Source of the DNA: Candidatus Bathyarchaeota archaeon
GTDB lineage: Archaea; Thermoproteota; Bathyarchaeia; 40CM-2-53-6
Length of the DNA: 64,000 nucleotides
Direction: 5' to 3'
Assembly (NCBI GenBank): GCA_963833125.1
Contig: CAWHWX010000014.1
Span: 32,001 to 96,000, forward strand
Shown: positions 34,273 to 44,764 of the stretch, in pieces
Numbering within the stretch: the stretch's first letter is position 1
How the letters are laid out: each line of letters begins with the position of its first letter
The notes under the pieces: generated by a model
Seen by the model: the letters and a program-made list of their open reading frames with translations, nothing else
Database searches by the model: none
What the model was told of the DNA's origin: nothing
Translations under genes and position numbers: made by a program

Positions 34273-34698
34273 TCACTTTTTTTCCAATCTGTATAGCGCA
34301 TAAACAGCTGCAGTCATTCCTAAGAAAAAGTATAGCACTGCTATTTCTATTGGCAAAGTTCCACCTATCATGTAAAACGGCGAATGATAATAACTCCACA
34401 ATCGATTTCTAGTTCCATAAAGCTCCCACACTATATCCGCCACAAAACCAATAGCCCCAAGTTCTAAGATTACAGGATTTCTAAGCTTAACAAGTCCAGC
34501 TATTCCGATGACACCAAACAGAACCATTAGAAGTGTACTCGTCCAGACATTTCTGCCTAATTGACTTGCTAGAAAAGTGGAAAAGATAATGGTCAAGATC
34601 ATAATTGAAACTATTGTGACACTATTTTTGAAGGCATCGGCTTTTCCGGCAGAGATAGTCCACTCGATAACATGCTGAACTTGATTTCGTTTTCCCAT
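34273..34698 (-). CDS. Small 4-TM membrane protein, possibly chimeric N-terminus
   Basis: WELYG....WSY, LPIEI pattern; visibly AT-rich; bracketed by repeat sites. Confidence 0.55.
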   Translation of the reverse strand: MGKRNQVQHVIEWTISAGKADAFKNSVTIVSIMILTIIFSTFLASQLGRNVWTSTLLMVLFGVIGIAGLVKLRNPVILELGAIGFVADIVWELYGTRNRLWSYYHSPFYMIGGTLPIEIAVLYFFLGMTAAVYALYRLEKK

Positions 34699-34821
34699 TA
34701 TTCATTTCTCCTCAGTTGGTGGCATAGTAATTTCCTGCACCACATTCATGTCATATAAGAATTCCATCAATCACTATTATGAACTAATGGCGTCTTATCG
34801 TCGCTTGATCGGGACTTATTC

Positions 34822-34855
34822 GTGTGTGTGGTACTAATGGTGTGCGCACACACAC
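34822..34855 (-). repeat. GTGTGTG..CACACAC site
   Basis: rc: GTGTGTGTGCGCACACCA-TTAGTAC-CACACACAC. Confidence 0.75.
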
Positions 34856-34916
34856 TTTCCAACGACGAGACGACCGGTTCAAATTCAGGTGCTCGCACCA
34901 TTGATACCACACACAC
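34856..34916 (+). repeat. Degenerate 3' half of tRNA-Gly(TCC) plus CACAC tail (att-like)
   Basis: TT-TCC-AA / cgacg / agacg / accgg-TTCAAAT-tcagg / tgctcgc-a-CCA / ttgatac-cacacacac; exact tRNA spacing from anticodon loop to CCA. Confidence 0.75.
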
Positions 34917-35242
34917 ATTACGGCAGTTCCTGATTTCAGTATTCCATAACATCAGGCCGGGTTGCATATATCCGAAAACAAAAAAACTTCGCATCATAGA
35001 GAATCGTTAAACATACGTCTACGTAATACAATTTGAAGGACTTGAGTTTGAGATCGAGAAATTGGAAGATTCTCGGATGTCTACTCCTAATTGTCTCGGT
35101 TTTGAGGAGTATTGAGTCCTATTCAATATGGCATGAAGCGACCGGTAGTCCTTCCAACAATCCTTCCACCACCAACACAATGCAACCAGAACTATGCAAT
35201 TGAGGCAATGAGAAGGCCAGCCTAGTTGTACCACCGTTCTTA

Positions 35243-35270
35243 GTGTGTGTTATTACTGGTGCGCACACAC
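35243..35270 (-). repeat. 28-bp GTGTGTG..CACACAC site
   Basis: rc: GTGTGTG-CGCACCA-GTAATAA-CACACAC. Confidence 0.75.
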
Positions 35271-35581
35271 AATTCACACGTGCTCGCTTTGCTCGCAAGA
35301 ATTTCTTATCGCATCATAAAACGAATTTACTTAGCACGTTTTGGCATCGCTTCACAAAAATTTCCTTTGAGTCGTCTAAGACAGTGTTTTTTATACCTGA
35401 TGTCCGTAACTGGGCATGCATCATGTCGGATCATGACGTTGTTGGCTTAATCTGAAGATTGTTAGTCGAAATACCCTGGTTCTGCGCTACTTTTGATGAT
35501 TACTTTTCTTACGCTAACTCCGACTTCTCTGATGAGTACACCCGCAACGGACCTCCAGAGAACAATCAAGGCGGTGGCAGT

Positions 35582-37223
35582 GTGAGAGTTTCTTCTTGGG
35601 TCGCAACTATACTCTTTCTTCTGTTCTCAGTTACGATAGTTGCGTTCCCTAATACTTCGGGTCATTTCGCACCAGAATCATCACCACAATCCGGTTTCCT
35701 ATGCACCTTTAACAGTTTCCTGTCATCATCAACCATAACGCCGGGGAACTCCTAGCGTAACGGTTAGTGGGACGGATACTTGCGACCCCGCACAAAGTTA
35801 CATGTGGGCTGCGCTATATTCCGAATCATGCTACTCCATCAAATCATATCTAACTCAAGTAGGGTACACTTATTTGTGGACGCATGGTCCGCCTTCGATT
35901 TCCTACGTAAGGGATTTCACTCTCACTGATAGCAGTGGTCAATTCACCGGAAATTATCCTACCTCTTCGCTTACACCGGGGCAAATCCCATTCTTCTCCA
36001 GGTCCCGCGCCTCTGGACAATTTTCTACTTTCTCTTCCTAGTACCTATCCCACGGGGTGTCAAGCTCCTATCTACAATGATCTTGCCGTAATAGAATCAT
36101 TGGGAGCGTACTCTAGCATTACCAGTTCTCAGGCACTAATGACCTGTTTTCTTTGTTATACTTTCACCTCGACATCAGCGCCGCCTGCAGTGACAAATTC
36201 ATTACCACCTGCCACCATGATAACACAGACACCGACCTTGCCGCCTGCAACGGTTGTGGAGACGGACTGGGAGGTCCTCTCGCGTCCCGAACCCTCCCTA
36301 GCTCCTACACTCGGTCAGGCGGTGACATTTGGGCATGGTTATGGCCGCGGTCTGCGACCTCGGGGTCCTTCCCACAAAGTGTCTACGTGGAATGCCTGAT
36401 TGACGGCGCAAATTGGGCCACGGCTTGGTTTCATACCCCGGTCCAATTGGGATGCTTCATTCCCGATAACTGCGACAAAGCATATCTCAAGCAACGGCGG
36501 GACCTATATTCTCACTTGGTCGATTTCAACTAATAACGATCCCAACCCTGGCAATAACGTAATGGCCATCATTTTCACAGTCGAATCACCAAATGAAACG
36601 ACAACGCAGCCAACAGCAACCAGTACGCAACCAGCCGCATGCACCTTTAGCAGCTCACTTTCCTCTTCAAACATAACGCAAGGCACTCCTAGTGTAACGG
36701 TAGTGGGACGGATACTTGCGACCCTCCAGAAAGTTCTATCACTGCTCTCATCTATTCTAGTCCCTGTCCCTTCAATGGGCTTCCGGTCGACGTTGCTTCT
36801 TCATTTTTCGGAAACGGGACCAGTGATAGCAGTGGCCATTTCTCCTATATTGCTGGCACATCTGGGCTCGGCCCAGGTTATTATTGCGTCATCATCCAGT
36901 TAGTTAATCATTGGACAGTCGGGTGGTTATGATCCTCTAACTGTAACCGCCGCGGCAACGCCAAGTCTCAACCTCATCCTCCTCAACTCAAACATCAAGC
37001 AACCTGATGAGCATAATCCAACGAAATCAAATCCTCGTACTCGGAGGCATAATCTTGTCAGCCGCCGTCATAATTGCGGTAGCGTTGCGGGGTCGGAAAA
37101 CCAACCCCCACCCAACCAACTAAAGCAGATGTAGCAGCCGACATGGTTTACTGCGGAAAATGTGGAACCCAAAACCCCACCGCCAACCAGTTCTGCCTAA
37201 AGTGCGGCACCAAATCAAACTGA
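35582..37223 (+). pseudogene. Fragmented secreted, membrane-anchored S/T-rich protein with internal repeat and C-terminal double zinc ribbon
   Basis: Signal-like VRVSSWVATILFLLFS; repeated CTF.S.LSSS.IT.GTPSVTV unit; NNDPNPGNN motif; TM ~37040; terminal YCGKCGTQNPTANQFCLKCGTK; many frameshifts. Confidence 0.5.
35702..36724 (+). repeat. ~85-bp direct repeat pair (35702..35788 and 36639..36724)
   Basis: Shared tgcaccttta...cataacgc...actcctag(c/t)gtaacggt(t)agtgggacggatacttgcgaccc. Confidence 0.8.
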
Positions 37224-37832
37224 CACCGCCCACAAACGTAACCTAGCAAAGCAACCGCCACGATTACAGTGACCTCACCAGCCGACGAAATGTAGACAGT
37301 CCACACGGACCAACAAGAACGTACCGTTACCTCAAATGAATTGCCTTAAAGTTGGCGATGTCCAATTTTCTAGGCTTGAAGAAGGCTGCCTGAAGTTCAG
37401 AGTCCGCTGTGACCGCCAGGAAGCGCCAAACGTACTACTGGGTGGAAATGAAGTATAATTACCCTTTACGACTTCCTCTCCAACCCACGTTAAATACCTA
37501 GTCGGCATGTACACCGACTCAGTTGTTTGATGGAGGTGTTTGAGGTTTGGCTAAGAAACGAAAAGTTAAGATGAAGCTAGGTACTGAGCACGACAAGAAC
37601 GTTAGGCAAGAGGAAATGGTAGCTTAAGGCTACCGACCGAGGGCGGTAATCGCTCTAATCTTCTTTCTTTGTTAATCGAAACTTGCTGTTCCTAGTCTTA
37701 ATCCACCCCGCACTAACCCAAAACCACATTCACCAATGTGGGTTTCGTTCCACTCTAATTGTAAGACTCCACTCCGACGGTGTGATTAATTGAAGCATTC
37801 TCTTTATTGGACCCGCGATTACTTCCCAGTTA

Positions 37833-39101
37833 ATGGTGCCGGATGCCTTGAATGATTATCTCCGTGACATCGTCGGGACGGACGGGAGCGAATTAGATGG
37901 AAAAAGAATTCTGCTTGGAGTTACCGGCAGCATATCGGCTTACCGTGCGCCTGATGTGGCCAGGTTGCTGATGCGTCATGGGGCCGACGTATACCCTGTA
38001 ATGTCCGACATGGCCGAGCAAATCATTCATCCAAACCTGCTTGAATGGGCTACGGGAAACCCCGTCGTAACTAAGCTAACCGGCAAAATTGAACACGTGC
38101 AGTATACGACTGGAAGCTCAAGGGTTGATGTGTTACTGATAGCTCCTTGCACGGCCAACACGGTAAGTAAGATCGCTTCTGGGATCGACGACACAGTCAT
38201 CACTTCATTCGTCTCCTCAGCCTTAGGAACAGATTTGCCAATCGTAATCGCCCCCGCCATGCACGACACAATGTACGCACAATCGATAGTTCGAGAGAAC
38301 CTTCGCAAACTAACCGAACTAGGCGTCATCTTCGTAGAACCAACTCAAGAAGAAAAAAAGGCTAAACTTGCCTCTCCAGAAAGCATTTTGCAAGCAGTAA
38401 TTGAGGCATTACCAAAGAAAGACTACGTCGGCCGAAGCGTTATGGTAACCCTAGGACCGACGATCGAACGGATAGACCCTGTCAGAATCATCACTAATCC
38501 AAGCAGCGGAAAGATGGGCGGCGCCCTTGCGTTCGAAGCGCAAAAGCGGGGTGCCTCGGTCACGATCATCCACGGACCGGTGTCAGTTCCTCTGCCAACC
38601 CAAGCAAAGACAATCTCGGTGAAATCGAGCAAGGAAATGTACGATGAAGTAATGAAAGAACTACGGTCAACGAATTATGACCTTGTACTCGCCAATGCCG
38701 CACCAGCGGATTACGCCCCGCCGACGAGTGATAGAAAGATCGCGACTACAGAGCACTCGCAAATTACCCTTCAATTGAATGCAACGCCTAAGATAATTGA
38801 CGAAATCAAAAGAGTTAGTCCAAACACATTCCTCGTAGCGTTTCGGGCACAATCCGGCCTCTCGCACGATGAGCTGGTTTCAGATGCCTACCAGAGGCTT
38901 CGGAAGGCTTCAGCAGATCTGATAGGAGTAAATGACGTTGGTCGCGAGGATATAGGGTTCGGATCAGACTTCAATGAAGTAACCCTAGTTGACACTCGGG
39001 GTAGATCGAAAGTTCTTCACAGAAATACGAAACGTGTTATCGCTAAGCAGATTCTTGACGAAGTGTCAGAGAAACTCCCGCTAAACGATCGACCAAGGTA
39101 G
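37833..39101 (+). CDS. coaBC: Phosphopantothenoylcysteine decarboxylase/ligase
   Basis: GVTGSISAY, APCTANT, APAMH, IDPVRIITNPSSGKMG, NAAPADY, TPKII. Confidence 0.95.
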   Translation: MVPDALNDYLRDIVGTDGSELDGKRILLGVTGSISAYRAPDVARLLMRHGADVYPVMSDMAEQIIHPNLLEWATGNPVVTKLTGKIEHVQYTTGSSRVDVLLIAPCTANTVSKIASGIDDTVITSFVSSALGTDLPIVIAPAMHDTMYAQSIVRENLRKLTELGVIFVEPTQEEKKAKLASPESILQAVIEALPKKDYVGRSVMVTLGPTIERIDPVRIITNPSSGKMGGALAFEAQKRGASVTIIHGPVSVPLPTQAKTISVKSSKEMYDEVMKELRSTNYDLVLANAAPADYAPPTSDRKIATTEHSQITLQLNATPKIIDEIKRVSPNTFLVAFRAQSGLSHDELVSDAYQRLRKASADLIGVNDVGREDIGFGSDFNEVTLVDTRGRSKVLHRNTKRVIAKQILDEVSEKLPLNDRPR

Positions 39102-39111
39102 CTGTGCTTGA

Positions 39112-39874
39112 ATGACCTGCAGAGTGGCTGCTGCACAATTATCCCTAGGTAAGGGATCCTACGAGAAGACAATGGAAGCATCCCAGACCCTCATACGGGA
39201 CACGTCGAAAGCTAAGGCTCAAATTGTATGCCTTCCTGAGCACTGGCTACTTGAGTTCTGGAAGAATGCGGTCGATGCCGACGAGAGACTAGCCGAGACA
39301 GCAAAAGGCGAGCGAATAATCGTAATCACAGGCGCAAATTATGTTCCCAATCAACCCAAGCCTAACGGTACGAAGCACAATCATCGACTCAAGTGGAAAG
39401 ATTCTAGGATATCAGGATAAGATCCATCTCTTCCGAGATGAAAGATCAGTTGCCGTTCCGGGCGGAAAGTACAGTGTTATTCAAACACCATTCGGCAGCG
39501 TGGGAATCACAATATGCTACGATAATGTTTTTCCCGAAGCCGCCAGAACCTTGACCTTACAGGGAGCTGACATGCTTTTCGTTCCCTCGCGAATTATCTT
39601 GGATGGCATTGATCCATGGGTTTTGTATTTGAGAACCCGCGCCTTAGAAAATCGGCTTCCAGTAATAGCACCTAACATTCTTCACCCTCCTCGATACATG
39701 GGGGGAAGCGTAATTATCGAACTTGAAGAAAATGCCGGCCCCGTGATATTGCCTAAGATTGTTGCGTCCGCGGGAAGTCGAGAGACTGTTATTGTGGCAG
39801 ATTTGGACATTGATAAGTCGAGAAGGCTCCGGTCCGAGAGGCTGTCTCAACGAGTACCGTCTGCGTACACATGA
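39112..39874 (+). CDS. Carbon-nitrogen hydrolase, nitrilase superfamily (frameshift ~39345)
   Basis: LPE, K.HLF, ICYD catalytic triad, RALEN. Confidence 0.88.
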
Positions 39875-40036
39875 AAAAGAGTATGGAAGGTAATTGGTTT
39901 GGCGTGTATACGCTGAGCAGATGGTCGAGGAGAAGGCGCCGGGCCAAGTGCCGCCAAAGGTAAGAGACGGCTACGGCAAAAAAGGAGACCCATGGAAGGT
40001 TTGAATCTAGTTGCGTAAACTGATCTTCGGGCTTAT

Positions 40037-41095
40037 TCACGGGCGAGCCTCGAAGATTCTGTTGAAGGGTGTTTGGGTTGCTCTCCTAAACCCTTTGAAG
40101 CCTCCAAGCGAAGCTATCTCTTGCAGTTTCGAATCGCTTCCTTGGGCACCTACTGCGAGCCCCACTTCCTGGGCTAGGGACGAGGGAACGCAGACCAAGG
40201 TGGACGCGTTGTAGAATATACGTCCAACCGGATTGAGGTTTTCCTCCAAGCGCTCATTTGAGTAGGGTTCGACGATCATCCACGTGCCCTCCGGTTTGAG
40301 CGATTGATGCACGTGCTTTGCCGCGCCTACCGGATCGCCCATATCGTGAAGACAATCGAAAAAGGTTACCAGGTCAAATTCCTTACCCGGATAATTCTTG
40401 GCGAGCGAAACTTCGAAGGTTGTGTTGCCCGATACGCCTTCGGTGACTGCAGCATTCTTAGCCCATTCGATCGATTCCAAATGATAATCGTATCCTATGA
40501 ATCGCAATTTGGGAAACGCCTTTGCCATTATGACCGTAGATGCCCCATAGCCGCATCCAACGTCTGCGACACGCGCGCCAGCCTTGAGTTTCTCGACAAC
40601 GCCGTCGAGGCTTGGAAGCCAAGAACTAACTAGGTTGGCAAGGTAACCGGGACGAAAGAATTTCTGCACGCCAAGGAATAAATCGTTGTGATGTTCGTGC
40701 CATCCAAATCCCTTCCCTGACCGAAATGCATCAGCGAGTTTCCCGCGATCCTTGTAGACTGAGGAGACGATGTAGAATGCTCCCGGGATGTAGACGGGGC
40801 TGTCCTCATTGGCGAGCGTAAATGTCTGCTCGGTAGTCATCACATACTTTCCAGTTGCGGAATCGTAATTAACATAGCCACCCGCGGCTTGACCAGCAAG
40901 CCATTCGCGAACGTAACGTTCAGATGTGCCTGTCTCCTTGGCAAGTTCATCCGGGGTCAACGGTCCGTGAGCTGATAGCGCTTTGTAGAGCCCCAGTTGT
41001 TCGCCGATTAGTATCGCGGGTCCCTGCATTGACGCGCCGAATTCTGTCACGAACTTTCCTACAATTTCATTCAGCTTATCCTGATTGACTCTCAA
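40037..41095 (-). CDS. Class I SAM methyltransferase with N-terminal wHTH
   Basis: ERYVREWL, DVGCGYG, FDCLHDMGDP, TPFN. Confidence 0.9.
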   Translation of the reverse strand: MRVNQDKLNEIVGKFVTEFGASMQGPAILIGEQLGLYKALSAHGPLTPDELAKETGTSERYVREWLAGQAAGGYVNYDSATGKYVMTTEQTFTLANEDSPVYIPGAFYIVSSVYKDRGKLADAFRSGKGFGWHEHHNDLFLGVQKFFRPGYLANLVSSWLPSLDGVVEKLKAGARVADVGCGYGASTVIMAKAFPKLRFIGYDYHLESIEWAKNAAVTEGVSGNTTFEVSLAKNYPGKEFDLVTFFDCLHDMGDPVGAAKHVHQSLKPEGTWMIVEPYSNERLEENLNPVGRIFYNASTLVCVPSSLAQEVGLAVGAQGSDSKLQEIASLGGFKGFRRATQTPFNRIFEARP

Positions 41096-41240
41096 AGTTC
41101 CACATGGCCCAAACGGTGCAAAGAAAATAAGGATTCCTTTCTCTGGTTCTGTAAAGTCTTCATCGGTTAGCGTTTTTGTTGTAATTTGGTGGGTTGAGAC
41201 TTGCTTATTGATCTGTTTGATTAGTGCCTCTAGTGGTTTC

Positions 41241-41986
41241 CTAGAGCGCTGTTAGATCATCAAATGCGCGTAGAATTTGCTCGATAACTAGGCGTGTAGC
41301 TTCAGAAGAAACTCTTGTACGACTGATTAACCATCTATCTCTCCCTCCCTCTAGGAGATCGTTTAGTCTGTCTCCAACACTTGGATTCGTCCAGTCACCA
41401 TGCGCAAGAACGTCTCTTAATCGTCCTAACGTTTTCAGTCGTTTAATAGAATCAGACGGAAGCAATTTGAGAAAATCTAGCAATGCTGTCTTACCACTCC
41501 AATTCCGAAACTGGGGTTGAGGGACAAGCCGACTTAGTTGAAGGTTAAGTCCAAACATGGCATTAAGAATCGCCAATTCGTTCATGTTTCCCTGTAATTC
41601 AAACGCTCTTATCAAAAAGAGCAAAGAATCTGAATCTATAGCAAGTAGTGTGCACATAGTATTTCGAAAGGTTTCTACATCTATTTCCGTTCCAAGTTTA
41701 TGCGCTTCTACGACAATTATGCCACTCTGCCGAGGGAGCTGTCCGTCCTCAAGTATGCTTTCCTGTTTCAAGGTTAACCCTCGCCATTCGCTCGCATATA
41801 CAGTCGCAATCCTTGCCGCAAACTGAAGTGAGCGAAGCTCATTTAGACCATCTGCGGCAATTTTGATACCAGACGGTGAAAGCTCAACGATTCCTGTTTC
41901 TTGGCTGATGGTTACATTTGGTATCTTAAGATTATCAACATCGCGAGTTCTAGTTTGTAAGTGGCAACATACTTCTTAGATTTCAT
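41241..41986 (-). CDS. HEPN-like (Rx4H) protein (frameshift ~41940)
   Basis: LRDVLAHG near the C-terminus of a helical protein; frame stays open upstream of 41771 and joins MKSKKYVATYKLEL. Confidence 0.5.
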
Positions 41987-42068
41987 CAAACCTTGCTCCG
42001 TTTATCTTGCTCTCTATTGGCGTTTTGAATAAATGGAAGCGACGCCGCTACTTCAAAGATAAGGCCCG

Positions 42069-42897
42069 TTACCCGAACCAGAAGTTCGTTCCTGCGAGAG
42101 TCGAACGCTTGGCTTTTGCAAGTTTTTCCAGCCGTTCCAGTTCTGAGAGTGCGTCCTTTGAAGCAAGGTCGAATACGCGCTGAATTTCCACGAGGGGTGT
42201 TGGCCCTTGGGTTTTGATATATTCGAGAACGTCAGTAGGCTTTGCCTTTCTTAGCTGTCCTGCTGACAAGTAGTCAATCGCTCCTTCCACGACTGATGGT
42301 TGGAAACTTTGATCCAAGTAAACGACCCTACCACGCCGATCGGATACAGCAATGTTGTAGAACCCAACGTGAACTGGCGGCGCGTCCTCACCTTGATTTT
42401 CAAGAGCTGCCTTGAGGCCAGCTTGGTCGGCCCAATCGCGTTTGAACCTTGCCTCGTCGAGCCCAGCCTCCGCTTACTGCCTCAAGGATCGTCGTTTCAC
42501 TAGTCACATCTTTGTTTTCGACAATGTTGCGCCTCAGGAGCGAACGGTAAAATCGGTGGCCTTTCTCGTGGCCTTGGCGTTCTGCCGCCATAACCGCTAG
42601 GGAGGCGGGTAGGACGTTCTTGGGCATTGTGTCAAATCGGTAGTTGAGGTGCATCGGTACGCCCATGATTTCTTGTGATTCTTTCGCCCATTTGGTCATC
42701 CCTGCGTCGTCGAGTTCATAATTTTTCTTGTACTCCTCAATGTCCTCGTACACGGTTCCATAAAGGGTAACAATGTTAATTTGCTCTCCGTACACGAGCT
42801 TCAAACGATTGAAGACTGGCTCGTATCCCCACGACCACCAGCATGTGGGTGCCGTGAAGTGGACAACGGCGATACGTTTGTCATGATCATGACTCAT
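42069..42897 (-). CDS. DsbA/YjbH(SpxH)-like thioredoxin-fold protein, CxxS (frameshift ~42475)
   Basis: FTAPTCWWSWGYEP, GVPM, PASLAVMAAERQG; C-terminal wHTH-like tail. Confidence 0.7.
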
Positions 42898-42912
42898 TCC
42901 GGATCGTCTCAA

Positions 42913-43773
42913 TCAAACAGGTTTCGATGCAACCACTATCACGCATTCTGCGGGAATCCTCACCCCATCAGAGGTTGCGTAGCGTGCTATGTTGGCCCGG
43001 GTTTTTTCCAGAATCTCCTGTTGAACATCTTTGTCTTCCTCGCTTAGGGAATGCCCCAGCGGCGTCCCTTCAAGAAGCATGCTCAGGTATGCCTCTGGGT
43101 CTCGAGCTCTCCACTCGATCGTGATTCGAATTTCCTTGGTATTCTCATAGCCAAGTTTCCGGAGCATCGCCGCTAGTTCGTCTGGCCCGCCCAACTCATA
43201 TGGAGTAGGTAAGTAACCGTCCTCGTCTGGGGTCGCGTGCTCCATCATTGGCCCGACCATGACGTCGAGTGCTGGCGCCCTCTTCCCTACGCTCCAAACA
43301 GTAAACCCCGCCCTCCCTCTCTGCTTGAGGACCCGAAAAATTTCTCGCGCCGCATCTTCAGGGTTCGTTACAATTTGGAAACCGAAACAGGAAACTGCCA
43401 AGTCAAATATGTTATCTGGAAAATCGAGTTTCTCAGCGTCCATGTTTAGGAACTTGACGTTGGGTAATCCTCTCTTCTGCGCGGTCTTGGTGGCCATTTC
43501 CGTCATGTTCCGCGAGAGGTCTACGCCAACGACGCTCCCTGAGGGTGAGATCATCTCGGCGATCGTCATGGCGGGTTCACCTGGTCCTGTGCATATGTCG
43601 ATTACCGCTTCGCCTGGCATGGGCTTCAGGTTCTCCAGAAGCGCTTTGTGGTATGGTCTGAGTTGTTGTAATATGGGAAGGTACTTGTCTGCGCACTCGT
43701 CCCAGGTTTCACGCGTGTAATTCTTGTAATATTCGTCAGTATATTTCCAAGACATGGAAGTTTCGGCGTACAT
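42913..43773 (-). CDS. UbiE-like SAM methyltransferase
   Basis: DICTGPGE, VDLS, MDAEKLDFPD..FD, EIFRVLK. Confidence 0.9.
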   Translation of the reverse strand: MYAETSMSWKYTDEYYKNYTRETWDECADKYLPILQQLRPYHKALLENLKPMPGEAVIDICTGPGEPAMTIAEMISPSGSVVGVDLSRNMTEMATKTAQKRGLPNVKFLNMDAEKLDFPDNIFDLAVSCFGFQIVTNPEDAAREIFRVLKQRGRAGFTVWSVGKRAPALDVMVGPMMEHATPDEDGYLPTPYELGGPDELAAMLRKLGYENTKEIRITIEWRARDPEAYLSMLLEGTPLGHSLSEEDKDVQQEILEKTRANIARYATSDGVRIPAECVIVVASKPV

Positions 43774-43918
43774 TTACAGCTAGTCGGAAAGAAAAGCGTT
43801 TGCCATAGAAATGGTGAAACGGCGAAACTATCGCACTCGACATTTGATCGAGTTCGACTATTTTCGGGTCGATCGCGGATCGTTCGCAGAAGGTCGTTGT
43901 ATACTAGTCGTTTAGCGT

Positions 43919-44320
43919 CTAGATGCCGAGTAGGTAGCTGAGGGAGAAGGCGCCCGCTCCAAGGGCCGCCAATGCAAGGGATGCGACTAGAAGGATGACG
44001 TCTACTTCATAGCCGCCGACGAACTTCTTTTTCATCTTGACCTTCGAAAGCCAAGTAACGGAGAGCATCCACAGCACGAACAGGATGGCGATAATCTGCG
44101 TAAATATTCCCAGCACTAGGGCTATGCCGCCGAAGAACTCAACCACTCCACCGAACAGGATGAAGCCGGCTGGTAGACCCATACTCTTCATCCATTCGCC
44201 GCCCTGCTTTCTTTGTGCTGCGCTGAACTTCGGATATCCGTGGATTATGAAGACGGCACCGATTATCAGCCTCAACAGTAGCGCTGCGACGCTTACGTGG
44301 ACTCCGAGCAAATTTATCAA
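43919..44320 (-). CDS. DoxX family membrane protein
   Basis: LLRLIIG..FIIHGYPK, EFFGG..L.LG..T, GGYE, GAG..S. Confidence 0.9.
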   Translation of the reverse strand: MINLLGVHVSVAALLLRLIIGAVFIIHGYPKFSAAQRKQGGEWMKSMGLPAGFILFGGVVEFFGGIALVLGIFTQIIAILFVLWMLSVTWLSKVKMKKKFVGGYEVDVILLVASLALAALGAGAFSLSYLLGI

Positions 44321-44336
44321 TTCTTATCCTCACCGA

Positions 44337-44762
44337 CTAATTGGGTCCTTCCAGAAATACGGAAGTGCCCTTGATACTCACCTTGTACGTTTTCAAGGGT
44401 TCTACCTGGATATCGGCAATTATGTCCGCAGAATTCTTCATGAACTCAAGCATTTCCTGAGGAAGTTTCTGCATCACTTCCGGTGACATGTGCATCTGCG
44501 GACCCGTGAGGTTCTTCCCGGTTGTGACATCAAATTTTGCCCCATGAAGGGGACAGGTGACCTCATTTCCCTGAAGCGTTCCCCTGGCTAGGCTTGCGTT
44601 CGAATGGCCGCATCTATTCGACGTAGCGTAGAACTTTCCATCAACGTTCGAAAGCAGAATGTCCTGGTCATACGCTCTCACTCGCTTCATACCACCAGGC
44701 GGTATCTCTGAGGTCTTGGCAACTTCAACTTCCATTCTACATACTTCACTTGACTTTAGCAA
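44337..44762 (-). CDS. Rieske-type ferredoxin
   Basis: CGH ... CPLHGAKFDVTTG. Confidence 0.9.
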   Translation of the reverse strand: MLKSSEVCRMEVEVAKTSEIPPGGMKRVRAYDQDILLSNVDGKFYATSNRCGHSNASLARGTLQGNEVTCPLHGAKFDVTTGKNLTGPQMHMSPEVMQKLPQEMLEFMKNSADIIADIQVEPLKTYKVSIKGTSVFLEGPN

Positions 44763-44764
44763 TC

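Noticed and set aside
34822-34900. Intact tRNA-Gly gene
   Set aside because: No D-arm or complementary 5' acceptor strand, and the T and anticodon stems do not pair.
34767-34997. ORF containing MVRAPEFEP as an integrase N-terminal fragment
   Set aside because: This peptide is simply the antisense translation of a tRNA 3' end; no integrase motifs follow.
33547-35270. CRISPR array or classical integron attC sites
   Set aside because: The repeats are irregularly spaced, in both orientations and hundreds of bp apart. No RYYYAAC/GTTRRRY ends, and no cas or intI gene.
37690-37790. Replication origin (ORB) or another tRNA-end site
   Set aside because: Only partial TTCCAC matches, no cdc6 gene, and the tRNA spacing does not fit.
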